Positions 1-9,908 of a DNA stretch of 64,000 bases are shown one piece after another (positions within the stretch are counted from its first letter, which is position 1; each line of letters opens with the position of its first letter). The notes under the pieces were generated by a model. That model was not told the origin of the DNA. It saw only the letters and a program-made list of their open reading frames with translations, and ran no database searches. A program made the translations under genes and the position numbers. The DNA is taken from assembly GCA_944321165.1 (NCBI GenBank), contig CALUKE010000007.1, forward strand, positions 3,961 through 67,960. The letters are read 5' to 3'. This DNA is from an uncultured Odoribacter sp. Lineage in GTDB: Bacteria; Bacteroidota; Bacteroidia; Bacteroidales; Marinifilaceae.

Positions 1-359
1 ATTGGGATCTGGAATTGGCAAAATGTATTTCTCCTCGTTGCAAGTATCGGGTGGAAACGAAAGATCCAGATGTGGATGTGATGGTGGAAGCTTCGGGGGA
101 CAATATAACGACTTTGGATAAATTGATCGGAGATATCGAACCTTCGAGTGATAAACTTCCGATTTTATTGAAAAAATACATTTCATTGAATGGGCGTATT
201 ATAGGTTTCAATATTGATCCTAAGTTTAATATGTGTTTGGATGGTCTGTTGATTCTGGATTTATTTGAGGTCCCGATGTCTACGATTGAATCTCTCTCGA
301 AAGAGATCCATGATGATACGATTCTGAACCGTTTTTCTGCTGATAATTTGGAATTATAG
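1..359 (+). CDS. GNAT-family lipid N-acyltransferase (OlsB/GlsB-type, hemolysin-like), C-terminal fragment; 5' end is outside the window
   Basis: The frame is open from the window edge (nt 3 onward; the track M at 15 is a TTG). The tail LPILLKKYISLNGRIIG..DPKF..DGLLILDL resembles the conserved C-terminus of OlsB-type N-acyltransferases. Recognised from memory only. Confidence 0.5.
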   Translation, partial: WDLELAKCISPRCKYRVETKDPDVDVMVEASGDNITTLDKLIGDIEPSSDKLPILLKKYISLNGRIIGFNIDPKFNMCLDGLLILDLFEVPMSTIESLSKEIHDDTILNRFSADNLEL

Positions 360-387
360 ATTCAAATAGCGTTTTAAAATTATACGG

Positions 388-1044
388 ATGTACGATGTTG
401 TTTATATTTTCAGAGGGATTCTGATCGGACTGATGGTATCGGTACCGTTGGGACCGATGGGGGTGCTGATTATACAAAAGACATTGCAAAAGGGGGCTTT
501 GGCAGGTTTCGTGTCGGGGATGGGGGCTGCTTGTGCCGATCTTTTTTATGCAACGGTAGCTGCTTTTGGACTGGGGTTTGTGATCAATGTCATTCAGACT
601 CATGAACTGATATTGCAGATTATCGGTGGTATTTTTCTGATCATTGTCGGCTTGAAAATCTATTTTGATAATCCCTTGAAACAGATTCGAGTGAAAAAAC
701 GGGTGACCAAAAAAGGATTGTTGGGTGATTTTCTGACTTTATTTTTTCTGACTGTTTCCAATCCGGTGGCAATCGTTGTGTTTATGGCTGTTTTTGCCGG
801 AGCATCTGTTTTCGGTGATGAGCCTTCTTATCGGATAGAACTTTTTGTATTGGCCGGTGTATTGATCGGAGGCGGATTGTGGTGGTATACGCTTTCCACG
901 CTTGTGAATGTGTTCCGGAAGAAATTTCGTCTACGGGTATTGATTACGATTAACCGGGTGTCCGGCATTCTCATCACGGTATTGGGTGGTTTGGTGATTC
1001 TGGCGGCCTTTGAACCTTTCCGTTCCCTGTTGCCGACTGCATAG
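388..1044 (+). CDS. LysE/RhtB family amino-acid exporter
   Basis: 218 aa multi-TM protein with an ATG start. The N-terminal GILIGLMVSVPLGPMGVL motif and the overall length fit the LysE family. Confidence 0.8.
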   Translation: MYDVVYIFRGILIGLMVSVPLGPMGVLIIQKTLQKGALAGFVSGMGAACADLFYATVAAFGLGFVINVIQTHELILQIIGGIFLIIVGLKIYFDNPLKQIRVKKRVTKKGLLGDFLTLFFLTVSNPVAIVVFMAVFAGASVFGDEPSYRIELFVLAGVLIGGGLWWYTLSTLVNVFRKKFRLRVLITINRVSGILITVLGGLVILAAFEPFRSLLPTA

Positions 1045-1053
1045 TCTGTGTGT

Positions 1054-2142
1054 TCAAGTTCTGTTTTTCATCCTCTCCTGAAAATGCAGAGAGTCTCCCC
1101 ATTGATCGAGTCGTATTTCACAGCCGCTTTTCCTGACGCTTTCTATCAGACGACGTGTAGAATCTTCTGCACCTTCATCCATGCCGGGTTTATTTTCATA
1201 CAGGCGATAATTTCCCCGGTTGGTTAAAGGTGTAATATTGGGCATAATGACGTTGGCTCCGATTTGCAAGGCTTTCTCCCGGCCTTCTGGATCGATGGCT
1301 TGCAGAGCTGTCGTGGCTGCGATGTTGATATCCGGCATGAGTAAACGCAGGCAGCTGACCATGTGTAGTCCCCATCTCAAGCGATCCTGTTGAGATCCTA
1401 ACAGATGCCGGAATGCCCACAAGGGAGTGTCTCTATGTTCCAGATAAGGTCCCATTCCTACCATATCGATGTCCATGGATTTCAGGAAGAGCAGATCGTC
1501 CGCCAAATCCTCTGTTTTTTGAAACGGCAGACCGATCATGACTCCGGTACCGGTCTGGTAACCACATTTCTGAAGGAGACGGAGGCAGTTCCGGCGAGTG
1601 TGAAAATCATGTAGACGGTTGTTCGGGTGTATTTTTCGGTATAAGTTCTCATTTGATGTTTCGATCCGGAGCAGATAACGGTGGGCTCCGGCGTCAAACC
1701 ATCTTTGATAGGTTTCTTCGCTCTGTTCTCCAAAAGACAAGGTGATTCCTAAGCGGTCGTGGCTCAAATGCTTGATCTCTTTGAGAAGATGTTCGATTCG
1801 GAGGATAAAGTCCGGATCATTGCGTTCACCTCCTTGTAGAACGACAGAGCCATAATGATTTTCATAGGCAAACAGGGCAGACCGAATGATTTCCTCATCG
1901 CTCAATTCATAACGTTTGGCCTGGTGGTTCGATTTTCGGATACCGCAATACAGACAATCTTTGATACAGATGTTGGAGATTTCGATCAATCCCCGCATAT
2001 GAACCCCATTGCCAACTGTTTGGTTCCGAATGGCTTGGCTGTGCTGAAAGAGTTGCTTTTCTTCTACACCGGTACAATTCAGTAAGCGGATTAAATCAGC
2101 TTTCTCCAGTTCTGTTTTTCTTAAAATAGTTCCTATTTCCAT
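1054..2142 (-). CDS. hydE: [FeFe]-hydrogenase H-cluster radical SAM maturase HydE
   Basis: 362 aa. It has the radical-SAM CxxxCxxC motif (SNICIKDCLYCGIRKSN) and is collinear with HydE motifs (VLQGGE, GAHRYLLRIETSN, GYQTGTGVMIGLP, DMVGMGPY). Confidence 0.8.
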   Translation of the reverse strand: MEIGTILRKTELEKADLIRLLNCTGVEEKQLFQHSQAIRNQTVGNGVHMRGLIEISNICIKDCLYCGIRKSNHQAKRYELSDEEIIRSALFAYENHYGSVVLQGGERNDPDFILRIEHLLKEIKHLSHDRLGITLSFGEQSEETYQRWFDAGAHRYLLRIETSNENLYRKIHPNNRLHDFHTRRNCLRLLQKCGYQTGTGVMIGLPFQKTEDLADDLLFLKSMDIDMVGMGPYLEHRDTPLWAFRHLLGSQQDRLRWGLHMVSCLRLLMPDINIAATTALQAIDPEGREKALQIGANVIMPNITPLTNRGNYRLYENKPGMDEGAEDSTRRLIESVRKSGCEIRLDQWGDSLHFQERMKNRT

Positions 2143-2270
2143 GTTTTTTCTTTGCCGTAAAATTACAAAAACTAAAGTGATTCGTGATATCTGGAATTTA
2201 ATTTATATTTTTGAATTTCATAAAAGGATGGGAGTGTGAAACTCGGGATGGCTATTTTGAATGATCGGTC

Positions 2271-2831
2271 TTGATTGAGATAAATGAAAATATTATTCGG
2301 AATTTTTCTGCAGGACAGGAAAAGGCGTTCCGTATCTTGTATGAAAGATACGTACCTGCCTTACGTTATTTTGCTGCAAAATATGTGGAGAAGGCAGAGT
2401 TGATTGATGACGTGGTGCAGGATGTTTTTGTCTGTCTTTGGGAAAAGAAAGCTGATTTTACCACGGAAGGAGCCTTGAAAGCTTTTCTTTATACTTCAGT
2501 GAAGAATCATTGTTTGAATATACTCCGTCATCAGTGGGTAAAGGATCGGTATGCGGAAATTGTTCTTAGGGAAGATAATCAGGAATTTTTTTTAGAACAT
2601 ATCCTGGAGGCGGAATTGTTTGAGTTGCTGATGGCGGTCTTTAATGAACTGCCGCCGGCTTGTCGGGAAGTTTACAGATTGAGTCTGGAAGGTAAAAAAC
2701 ACGAAGAGATTGCAGAAATTCTTCACATTACGATCAATACGGTAAAAAAACAGAAAAACAAGGCAAATCATTATATGCGTGAACGTTTGAAGCATATTTT
2801 TGCCTTCCTCTGTTTCTTTCAAAATCTTTGA
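2271..2831 (+). CDS. ECF-type RNA polymerase sigma-70 factor
   Basis: 186 aa with region 2 (DVVQDVFVCLWEK) and region 4 (CREVYRLSLEGKKHEEIAEILHITINTVKKQ). There is no in-frame ATG near the 5' end, so the start appears to be TTG at 2271. Confidence 0.8.
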   Translation: MIEINENIIRNFSAGQEKAFRILYERYVPALRYFAAKYVEKAELIDDVVQDVFVCLWEKKADFTTEGALKAFLYTSVKNHCLNILRHQWVKDRYAEIVLREDNQEFFLEHILEAELFELLMAVFNELPPACREVYRLSLEGKKHEEIAEILHITINTVKKQKNKANHYMRERLKHIFAFLCFFQNL

Positions 2832-2937
2832 GTTTATTTCTTTTGCTTGGCTGAATAATTTTATGCTATTTGTCTGCTTGCGGGTAATTTTTATTATTTT
2901 TGTTTTCGAATAGCCTTTGAATTTGGAGATAAATCGT

Positions 2938-5661
2938 ATGAAAAAGGGAATAGGGTTGTCTGTATTAGCGGTTATATTGATAGCGGTCGTTGTATGTGCC
3001 ATTTGGTATATCAATGAGGAGGGAAAGATGCGTACAGGTAGTAAAGATGCCTTTATCCCGTATAACTCTGCCATTGTAATGACGGTCAATGACAAAGTGG
3101 TTTGGGCTCCGGAAGTGCAGCAGGCTTTTGCTGCTGATTGGAAGGCTTTTCGTGAGAAATTGTTGGTCCGGGTGGCTGATACCTTGCAGAGTCGGGAGTA
3201 TGTCAAGCGGAATCCGTATGTTTTGGCAGTTCGGGTAGAGGGGAAAAAAGATACTCGTTTTTTGTATGTGATGGACAGTAAGGACCTGTTGTCGAGGGGT
3301 GAGGTGTCGAATTTCCTGGTACAGGCTTTTGCTGCAGGAAATGAAAAGGTCCGCAAATACGATCGTCATAAAATATATACTCTGCAACAGGGAGGTGAAG
3401 TTGTTTATTTTGCTGTCTGTGGTGGAATCGTTTTGATTTCCGACTCTGATTTGTATATTGAGGACGGTTTGAAACAATTTGATCAGGAGGAGACCGGAAC
3501 TGGAGAAAAGCCTCATTATCGGAATGTGAATAAATATTTCTCCGCAGGTGCCGGAGTGAATATCTGGTTGAATACATCAGCCTTTACCGATTTGCTGCCT
3601 TTGTATGTTCAGGCGGAAAAGATATTCCCACATGTTGATGTGACTCGTTTTTTTAAATGGGGGGCTTTGGATGGAGATTTCAGTACACAGGGAGTCTGTT
3701 TGAATGGTTTTTTAGATTATAGCAGTTTGCCGGCTTCTTATATGTTGACTTTGGAAAAACAGCAAGCCAGGGAGTCCTCACTCGATGGTGTCTTGCCGGC
3801 TGCTTTGCTTTCCGTCGGATTTTTGAATCTGAGCCAGCCGGAGACCTATTTGTCTGCATTGGAAAGTTATCGTTATACAATCGGAGAGAAAGAAACGATT
3901 TTTCGGAGAAAACAGCAATTTGTGAAAATGTTCGGAAACGGTTTTGAAGAGGAGTTGCAGGATTTGCTGCATGGAGAATTTGCAATGGGACAACTGGCTT
4001 ATCAGGAAACGACGGGAGAAAGGGAGGCGTTGATGGTTGTAGGACTGAAATCAGGTAGTCTGTGTAAAGTGCTCTTGGAACGGATGATGAAAAATTATGC
4101 CCGTTTTGCGAAATGTACACCGGAAAGTTTTTTGAACGCATACGGCTTGGACCGGGAAAAATCTTTTCAATATTATCGTTTCCCGGTGGAGGATTTCCCG
4201 GCTGTTTGTTGGGGTGATATTTTTGAAGGAATAAAAAGCCGTTATGTGTGGGTTGAGGATAATTATTTGATTTTTGCTTCTTCGGAGAATGCGGTGAAGT
4301 GTTTCATAAAAGATTATGTCCATGGAAATTTTATTCGGGATGTTGAATGGTATCAGCATTTGAAAGGTCGTTTAGCGGCTAAGTCCAATATTGCCTATTT
4401 TGCTCGTATGGAAGAGATGTTGCCTTTTTATCGTTCTTTTACACAGGACAGCTGGCAGAAATTTTTAACCTGCCGGGAAGCAGAAATTCCGGTATTCTCT
4501 AGTTGGGCCTGGCAGGGATCGAACGAAGGGAATATGTTGTATACCACCCTTTTTCTGAGTACTACAGAATTGCAGGAAGAAAACCGACCGCATGTATTGT
4601 GGCAAACCAAGCTGGATGCCCGAGTGAGCATGAAACCCGTTTCTGTGGTAAACCATGCGACCGGAGAAAGAGAGCTTTTTGTACAGGATGATCATCATAC
4701 GGTTTATTTGCTGAACGATGCCGGGCGTGTTCTCTGGAAAGTACCCCTGACGGAGAAAATCAACAGTGAGGTATATCAAGTTGATTTGTTTAAAAATGGG
4801 AAATTGCAATATTTGTTTTCGACTCCCTCCAGGATGTATTTGATTGATCGAAATGGAAATTCGGCCGGACGTTTCCCGATTGATTTCAAGACTCGCTGTA
4901 ATCAGGGGATTACGGTGTATGATTATGAAAATGACCGGAATTATCGCATTTTTGTCCCCTGTGAAGATCAGATGGTTTATTTGTACGGTTTGGATGGAAA
5001 GCCGGTTCAGGGCTGGAATCCCCGGAAGGCAGACAAGCAGATTGTCTCAAAGGTAGAGCATTTTCGGATAGACGGGAAAGATTACATTGTTTTTGCAGAC
5101 CAGTATCGTTTTTATATATTGGACCGAAGGGGGAACGAGCGGGTAAAGGTCTCTTCTGTATTTGACTTACCCTCCCATACGGAGGTTTATCTGGTGCATA
5201 AGAAGGGGCATCCATTTTTGTTGTTTGCGGGGAAAGGCGGACAATTGAATTTGGTTGATTTTTCCGGTCGTACCGAGGTATTGAAAATAGAAGGCTTGTC
5301 GGATTGTTTTGCCGTGAATGTGGCTGACTGGGATCAAGACGGAGATGAGGAGGTTATCTTTACTGAAGACAATCGTTTATTGATTGTCCGTTTGGACGGC
5401 AGTTTGCTTTTGAAGAAAGAAATTGCGGCAGAGTCTTTGGGTTTTCCGTATGTATATCGCTTCTCTGCCCATGATATCCGAATCGGGACTTCGGATCCGG
5501 AGGCGCAACAACTGTTGCTGTTGACAACCGATGGTAAATTGTCCGAAGGTTTCCCTGTTTCCGGAAGTTCTCCATTTTCAATAGTTTTTTCCGGCGAGGA
5601 TGGATTCTTTTTGTTTGCAGGAAATGAAAATGTGATTCTTAAATATAAAGTGTTGCGGTAA
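2938..5661 (+). CDS. Membrane-anchored hypothetical protein with C-terminal beta-propeller-like repeats
   Basis: The track ORF starts at TTG 2917; the first ATG at 2938 gives MKKGIGLSVLAVILIAVVV (a single N-terminal TM). The C-terminal half has repeated VYLLNDAGRVLW / MYLIDRNGNSAGRF / VYLYGLDGKPVQGW / FYILDRRGNERV strands, like PQQ/BamB-type blades. Function unknown. Confidence 0.6.
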   Translation: MKKGIGLSVLAVILIAVVVCAIWYINEEGKMRTGSKDAFIPYNSAIVMTVNDKVVWAPEVQQAFAADWKAFREKLLVRVADTLQSREYVKRNPYVLAVRVEGKKDTRFLYVMDSKDLLSRGEVSNFLVQAFAAGNEKVRKYDRHKIYTLQQGGEVVYFAVCGGIVLISDSDLYIEDGLKQFDQEETGTGEKPHYRNVNKYFSAGAGVNIWLNTSAFTDLLPLYVQAEKIFPHVDVTRFFKWGALDGDFSTQGVCLNGFLDYSSLPASYMLTLEKQQARESSLDGVLPAALLSVGFLNLSQPETYLSALESYRYTIGEKETIFRRKQQFVKMFGNGFEEELQDLLHGEFAMGQLAYQETTGEREALMVVGLKSGSLCKVLLERMMKNYARFAKCTPESFLNAYGLDREKSFQYYRFPVEDFPAVCWGDIFEGIKSRYVWVEDNYLIFASSENAVKCFIKDYVHGNFIRDVEWYQHLKGRLAAKSNIAYFARMEEMLPFYRSFTQDSWQKFLTCREAEIPVFSSWAWQGSNEGNMLYTTLFLSTTELQEENRPHVLWQTKLDARVSMKPVSVVNHATGERELFVQDDHHTVYLLNDAGRVLWKVPLTEKINSEVYQVDLFKNGKLQYLFSTPSRMYLIDRNGNSAGRFPIDFKTRCNQGITVYDYENDRNYRIFVPCEDQMVYLYGLDGKPVQGWNPRKADKQIVSKVEHFRIDGKDYIVFADQYRFYILDRRGNERVKVSSVFDLPSHTEVYLVHKKGHPFLLFAGKGGQLNLVDFSGRTEVLKIEGLSDCFAVNVADWDQDGDEEVIFTEDNRLLIVRLDGSLLLKKEIAAESLGFPYVYRFSAHDIRIGTSDPEAQQLLLLTTDGKLSEGFPVSGSSPFSIVFSGEDGFFLFAGNENVILKYKVLR

Positions 5662-5663
5662 AA

Positions 5664-6389
5664 TCATTCTTCTTCGTCTATTTCGATGTGAAGTTCTTCT
5701 TCTTTTTCTGACAGGTAGTCTTTCCCGGCAACAATCAGGACGATTTCTCCCTTTACGCCGTGTTGGCTGTAATAGGAAAGAAGCTCCTCGAGGCTTCCTC
5801 TTTTGAATTCTTCAAATACCTTACTGATCTCGCGAGCGACACAGGCATAGCGGGTCGGTCCGAAAAGGGTGGACATTTGTTCCAGCGTTTTCAAGAGGCG
5901 GAAGGGTGATTCGTAGAAAATCATAGTCCGGCTTTCTTCTGCTAATGCATGGAGTTTTTTCTGGCGTCCTTTCTTTTGTGGCAGGAAACCTTCAAAGCAG
6001 AATCGGTCACAAGGAAAACCGGAATTCACCAAGGCCGGAACAAAGGCTGTAGCTCCGGGAAGGCATTCTGTTTCGATACCCTCTTCCACACAGGTACGGG
6101 TCAGCAGAAAGCCCGGGTCGGAAATTCCTGGTGTGCCGGCATCACTGATGAGGGCGATATTTTCTCCTTTTTTTATCCGTTCGGCCATACGGGCTACCTG
6201 CTGGTGTTCGTTGAATTTGTGGTGGGAAAGCAGCGGTGTCGTGATATCATAATGTCTTAATAGCTTGGCACTGGTACGGGTATCTTCGGCTAAAATCAGA
6301 TCCACTTCTTTCAGAAGGCGCAGTGCCCGCAGCGTGATATCTTCCATATTTCCGATCGGTGTAGGAATCAGATATAATTTGCCCATCAT
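5664..6389 (-). CDS. rsmI: 16S rRNA (cytidine1402-2'-O)-methyltransferase RsmI
   Basis: 241 aa. LYLIPTPIGN..DITLRAL..L..VD.ILAEDTR at the N-terminus and ISDAGTPGISDPG are hallmark RsmI motifs. Confidence 0.9.
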   Translation of the reverse strand: MMGKLYLIPTPIGNMEDITLRALRLLKEVDLILAEDTRTSAKLLRHYDITTPLLSHHKFNEHQQVARMAERIKKGENIALISDAGTPGISDPGFLLTRTCVEEGIETECLPGATAFVPALVNSGFPCDRFCFEGFLPQKKGRQKKLHALAEESRTMIFYESPFRLLKTLEQMSTLFGPTRYACVAREISKVFEEFKRGSLEELLSYYSQHGVKGEIVLIVAGKDYLSEKEEELHIEIDEEE

Positions 6390-6560
6390 ATTTCAGTTTT
6401 TCTTTGGTAAATATTTACGACAAAGGTAGTGAGAAACCTGAAATAAAGTCTCTTTACTATTAAAATTTCAGAATTTGATTTTTCCTTTTCAGTGTATGTG
6501 TCTGTAAATAATATATTTGGCAAGTATAATCAGATTTCGAAGAAAAAAAAAGACATTTTT

Positions 6561-6591
6561 TTTGTCAGGAAATAAATTTGCCGTATATTTG
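6561..6591 (+). promoter_or_regulatory. Bacteroidetes-type promoter (-33 TTTG / -7 TAnnTTTG) for the tRNA-Glu pair
   Basis: TTTG at 6561-6564, a 19 nt spacer, then TATATTTG at 6584-6591, about 20 nt upstream of the first tRNA. Confidence 0.5.
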
Positions 6592-6611
6592 CATCCGCTA
6601 AGCGAAACTAT

Positions 6612-6683
6612 GGTCTGTTCGTCTAGGGGCTAGGACGCAAGATTTTCATTCTTGTAACACGGGTTCGATTCCCGTACAGACTA
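6612..6683 (+). tRNA. tRNA-Glu (anticodon UUC)
   Basis: 72 nt cloverleaf that closely parallels E. coli tRNA-Glu (TTCGTCTAG.GGC..AGGAC ... GGTTCGATTCCC). The anticodon loop is TTTTCAT. No encoded CCA. Confidence 0.9.
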
Positions 6684-6694
6684 CAAAGACAGAC

Positions 6695-6766
6695 GGTCTG
6701 TTCGTCTAGGGGCTAGGACGCAAGATTTTCATTCTTGTAACACGGGTTCGATTCCCGTACAGACTA
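6695..6766 (+). tRNA. tRNA-Glu (anticodon UUC), identical tandem copy
   Basis: Base-for-base identical to 6612-6683 and separated from it by an 11 nt spacer. Confidence 0.9.
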
Positions 6767-6797
6767 CTTAAAAAGTTGAATTTTTATATTTGTAGAA

Positions 6798-7049
6798 ATG
6801 GCAAATCATAAATCATCAGAAAAAAGAATTAGACAGACTGAAACAAGAAGAGCTCATAATCGTTATTATGCAAAAACAACGCGTAATGCGGTAAAAAAAT
6901 TGCGTATGACGACTGATAAAGGTGTGGCTGTCGAATTATTGCCGAAAGTTGTTGCTATGTTGGATAAATTGGCAAAGAAAAATATTATCCACGATAATAA
7001 AGCTGCCAACCTGAAATCCAAATTGGCGCTGCACGTAAATAAACTGTAA
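6798..7049 (+). CDS. rpsT: 30S ribosomal protein S20
   Basis: 83 aa basic protein. [14 protein letters not shown]...N is the canonical S20 N-terminus. Confidence 0.95.
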   Translation: MANHKSSEKRIRQTETRRAHNRYYAKTTRNAVKKLRMTTDKGVAVELLPKVVAMLDKLAKKNIIHDNKAANLKSKLALHVNKL

Positions 7050-7076
7050 TTCGTTTATCCGATTTCTTGATATACA

Positions 7077-7108
7077 GGAGATGAGTATTTACTCATCTCC
7101 TTTCTTTC
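7077..7108 (+). terminator. Rho-independent terminator after rpsT
   Basis: Perfect 10 bp stem GGAGATGAGT/ACTCATCTCC with an ATTT loop (7077-7100), followed by TTTCTTTC. Confidence 0.6.
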
Positions 7109-7176
7109 ATGACATAAGGTTTTGTTCTTTTTTATTTGTCGAATTTTTCGTAATTTGTTTATCTAAAACTTATGTT

Positions 7177-7878
7177 ATGACAGATCGGAATCTTCCAATG
7201 AATTCCTGGGCTGCGGACGAGCTTCCCCGGGAAAAATTACTGGCTCAGGGGGCTTCGGCTCTTTCGGTCAGTGAGCTTTTTGCTATTTTATTGCGTTCTG
7301 GGGTAGGTGGTGAAACTGCCTTGGAGTTGTCGCGAAGGATTTTGGCGGATAACAACAATGATCTGAATCAATTGGCCCGTCGTGGAGTTCGGGAATTGAT
7401 GAATAAATACAAAGGAGTTGGTATGGCCAAGGCCGCCGCGATTGTTGCCGCCATGGAGATCGGTCGACGTCGGCGTCCTGAAACCCAGTCGATCAGATCT
7501 GTGATCCGTTCCAGCAAGGATGCCTATCAATACATTCGTCCATTTATTGAAGATTTGGATCATGAAGAATTCTGGGTAATTTATCTGACTCATTCCAACC
7601 AGGTTAAAGGAAGCGAATGTTTGTCCTCCGGAGGGATGGACGGTACGGTTATTGATGTGCGTTTGCTTTTCCGGAGTGCTTTGGATGTGAAGGCATCTTA
7701 TTTGATTGTGGCCCATAATCATCCGGGAGGGACATTGAAGCCCAGTGTTAATGATGAACGGGTTACTCGAAAAATTTATGAAGGTGGAAGTCTGTTGGAT
7801 ATAAAATTATATGATCATATCATTGTGGGGGCAAATAATTATTATAGTTTTGCAGACGAAGGCAAACTGAATGCTTGA
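7177..7878 (+). CDS. radC: RadC-family JAB-domain protein
   Basis: The track ORF (7081) begins inside the rpsT terminator, so I use ATG 7177 (MTDRNL..). PREKL, SELLAILLR.G and the JAMM motif HNHPGG with S..D are present. Confidence 0.85.
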   Translation: MTDRNLPMNSWAADELPREKLLAQGASALSVSELFAILLRSGVGGETALELSRRILADNNNDLNQLARRGVRELMNKYKGVGMAKAAAIVAAMEIGRRRRPETQSIRSVIRSSKDAYQYIRPFIEDLDHEEFWVIYLTHSNQVKGSECLSSGGMDGTVIDVRLLFRSALDVKASYLIVAHNHPGGTLKPSVNDERVTRKIYEGGSLLDIKLYDHIIVGANNYYSFADEGKLNA

Positions 7879-8068
7879 GGTAAAAGCGAGAATGACATGT
7901 TGGCACGAATGGCTGTCGCATTTGCAGCGTGACAGTGTGTCCTGTCAGACAGCTTGTCGTTGGCAAAGTTTTTGTTGAATGCTGTTTTAGCAATTTTTAG
8001 GATATCTGAAAATGCTTCATTTGCGTAAAAATAGTGATAAGCGATTGTAAATAATAAAAATAAATACC

Positions 8069-8635
8069 ATGGCTAAAGATGTAAAGGATATGGAGGAACA
8101 GGAAGAGTTGAAGGAGGAACCGCAACAGGAAGAGGAAAAGGAAACGAAAGAAAAGCATACAAAAACGAAGAAGGAGAGCAAGGAGGAGAAAATCGAGGAG
8201 ATGGGGCAGAAATTGGCAGAAATGAATGACAAGTATCTGCGACTGTCTGCAGAATTCGATAATTATCGGAAACGTACTTTGAAGGAACGGATGGAGTTGA
8301 CCAAAAGTGCCGGTGAACAGATTTTGGAAAAAATTCTTCCGGTGATGGATAATTTTGAACGTGCTCTGAAGAGTATGGAGACGGCAAAGGATGTTCCGGC
8401 ATTACGGGAAGGTGTGGAATTGATATATGCTAACTTTAGGGATTTTTTGTCTCAGCAGGGGGTAAAAGAGATGGAATGCCTGCATACAGATTTTGATCCG
8501 GAATTGCAGGAAGCAGTGACGAAGATCCCGGCTCCGACAGAAGATTTGAAAGGGAAGGTGGTCGATTGTATCCAGAAAGGATACACTTTACACGATAAAG
8601 TCATTCGTTTCCCCAAGGTAGTGGTGGGAGAATAA
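8069..8635 (+). CDS. grpE: Nucleotide exchange factor GrpE
   Basis: 188 aa with an acidic/lysine-rich N-terminus, YLRL.AEFDNYRKR, and the GY.L.D.VIR...V C-terminus. Confidence 0.95.
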   Translation: MAKDVKDMEEQEELKEEPQQEEEKETKEKHTKTKKESKEEKIEEMGQKLAEMNDKYLRLSAEFDNYRKRTLKERMELTKSAGEQILEKILPVMDNFERALKSMETAKDVPALREGVELIYANFRDFLSQQGVKEMECLHTDFDPELQEAVTKIPAPTEDLKGKVVDCIQKGYTLHDKVIRFPKVVVGE

Positions 8636-8732
8636 AGCTGATACAGATGTTAGGAATGGCTTAGCTGGAAAGACGGAAGTGGGGTGTCGTGTGTGAATAT
8701 ATTTAAGGATAAAGCGAAATTGAATTCAAGTA

Positions 8733-9887
8733 ATGGCTGAAAAAAGAGATTATTATGAAGTGTTGGGAGTGGCTAAAAATGCGGATGCCGCAGAGATAAA
8801 AAAAGCGTATCGTAAATTAGCCTTGCAGTATCATCCCGACAGAAATCCTGGAGATAAAGAGGCGGAGGAAAAATTCAAAGAGGCTGCGGAAGCTTATGAT
8901 GTATTGAGTAATGAGGAGAAACGGCGTCGTTATGACCAGTTCGGACATGCCGGTCTGGGTGGTGCTGGTGGATTTGGCGGGGGTGGTATGAGCATGGATG
9001 ATATTTTTGCTCATTTCGGTGATATTTTCGGTAGTTTCGGCGGTTTCGGCGGTTTTGGCGGTTTTGGTGGGGGAGGACGTTCTGCCCGGCGTGTCAATCG
9101 AGGCACCAATCTTCGGGTAAAAGTGAAAATCTCTTTGGAAGAAGTTGCTTCAGGTGTAGAGAAAAAGATAAAGGTAAAGAAATACGTTGCCGATACACAT
9201 TGTCACGGTACAGGTGCAAAAGATGGGAAGTCTTTTTCAACGTGTTCAACTTGCCATGGAACGGGGCAAATTACGAGGGTTCAGAATACGATCCTGGGAG
9301 CGATGCAGACAACATCAACTTGTCCTACCTGTGAAGGAGAAGGTAAAATTATTGATGAAAAATGTCCGCATTGTAACGGAGAGGGAGTAATGCTGTCGGA
9401 AGAAGTGATTACCCTGAATATCCCTGCCGGCGTTTCCGACGGTATGCAATTGTCCTTGAGCGGGAAAGGGAATGCTGCCAGACGAGGTGGAGTGAATGGG
9501 GACTTGATCGTTTTGATTGAGGAAATTGAACATCCGGATTTAGTCCGGGATGGGAATGATTTATTGTATAATACCTTCATCAGCTTCCCGGAAGCGGTGT
9601 TGGGAACTTCTGCCGAAATTCCCACTTTGGAAGGAAAAGTGAAAGTAAAAATAGAGGCAGGAACACAGCCTGGAAAAATTTTACGTTTGAAAGGGAAAGG
9701 TATTCCGGATATCAACGGTTACGGCAAAGGCGATCTGTTGGTAAAGGTAAATGTCTGGATTCCGAAAAATCTGTCCAAAGAGGATAAAAAAATAATGGAG
9801 GAATTGAAGGACGCTTCTTTTATGAAACCGACGAATCTTGAAAATAAGAAAGGCTTTTTCCGGAAAATGAAAGATTTCTTTGAATAA
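8733..9887 (+). CDS. dnaJ: Molecular chaperone DnaJ
   Basis: J-domain (DYYEVLGV..A...[15 protein letters not shown]), a G/F-rich linker and four CxxCxGxG zinc-finger repeats. Confidence 0.95.
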   Translation: MAEKRDYYEVLGVAKNADAAEIKKAYRKLALQYHPDRNPGDKEAEEKFKEAAEAYDVLSNEEKRRRYDQFGHAGLGGAGGFGGGGMSMDDIFAHFGDIFGSFGGFGGFGGFGGGGRSARRVNRGTNLRVKVKISLEEVASGVEKKIKVKKYVADTHCHGTGAKDGKSFSTCSTCHGTGQITRVQNTILGAMQTTSTCPTCEGEGKIIDEKCPHCNGEGVMLSEEVITLNIPAGVSDGMQLSLSGKGNAARRGGVNGDLIVLIEEIEHPDLVRDGNDLLYNTFISFPEAVLGTSAEIPTLEGKVKVKIEAGTQPGKILRLKGKGIPDINGYGKGDLLVKVNVWIPKNLSKEDKKIMEELKDASFMKPTNLENKKGFFRKMKDFFE

Positions 9888-9908
9888 TATCTCTTCCAAT
9901 AGTGAACT

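Noticed and set aside
6612-6766. Perfect 72-nt direct repeat with a short spacer (possible CRISPR-like or mobile repeat).
   Set aside because: It is simply two tandem identical tRNA-Glu genes, with only two copies and an 11-nt spacer.
7081-7176. N-terminal 32-codon extension of RadC in the ORF track.
   Set aside because: The extension begins inside the rpsT terminator hairpin and encodes a hydrophobic, non-RadC peptide. ATG 7177 gives a normal-length RadC.
7901-7976. Sigma-54-like TGGCA elements upstream of grpE (TGGCACGAAT.. at 7901 and TGGCAAAGTTTTTGTT at 7961).
   Set aside because: The first has the TTGCA 20 nt from the GG instead of 10. The second has correct spacing but reads TTGT instead of TTGC, losing the essential -12 GC.
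8990-9070. Short tandem GGC/GGT/TTT repeats in DNA.
   Set aside because: This is the Gly/Phe-rich linker of DnaJ and is ordinary for the family.
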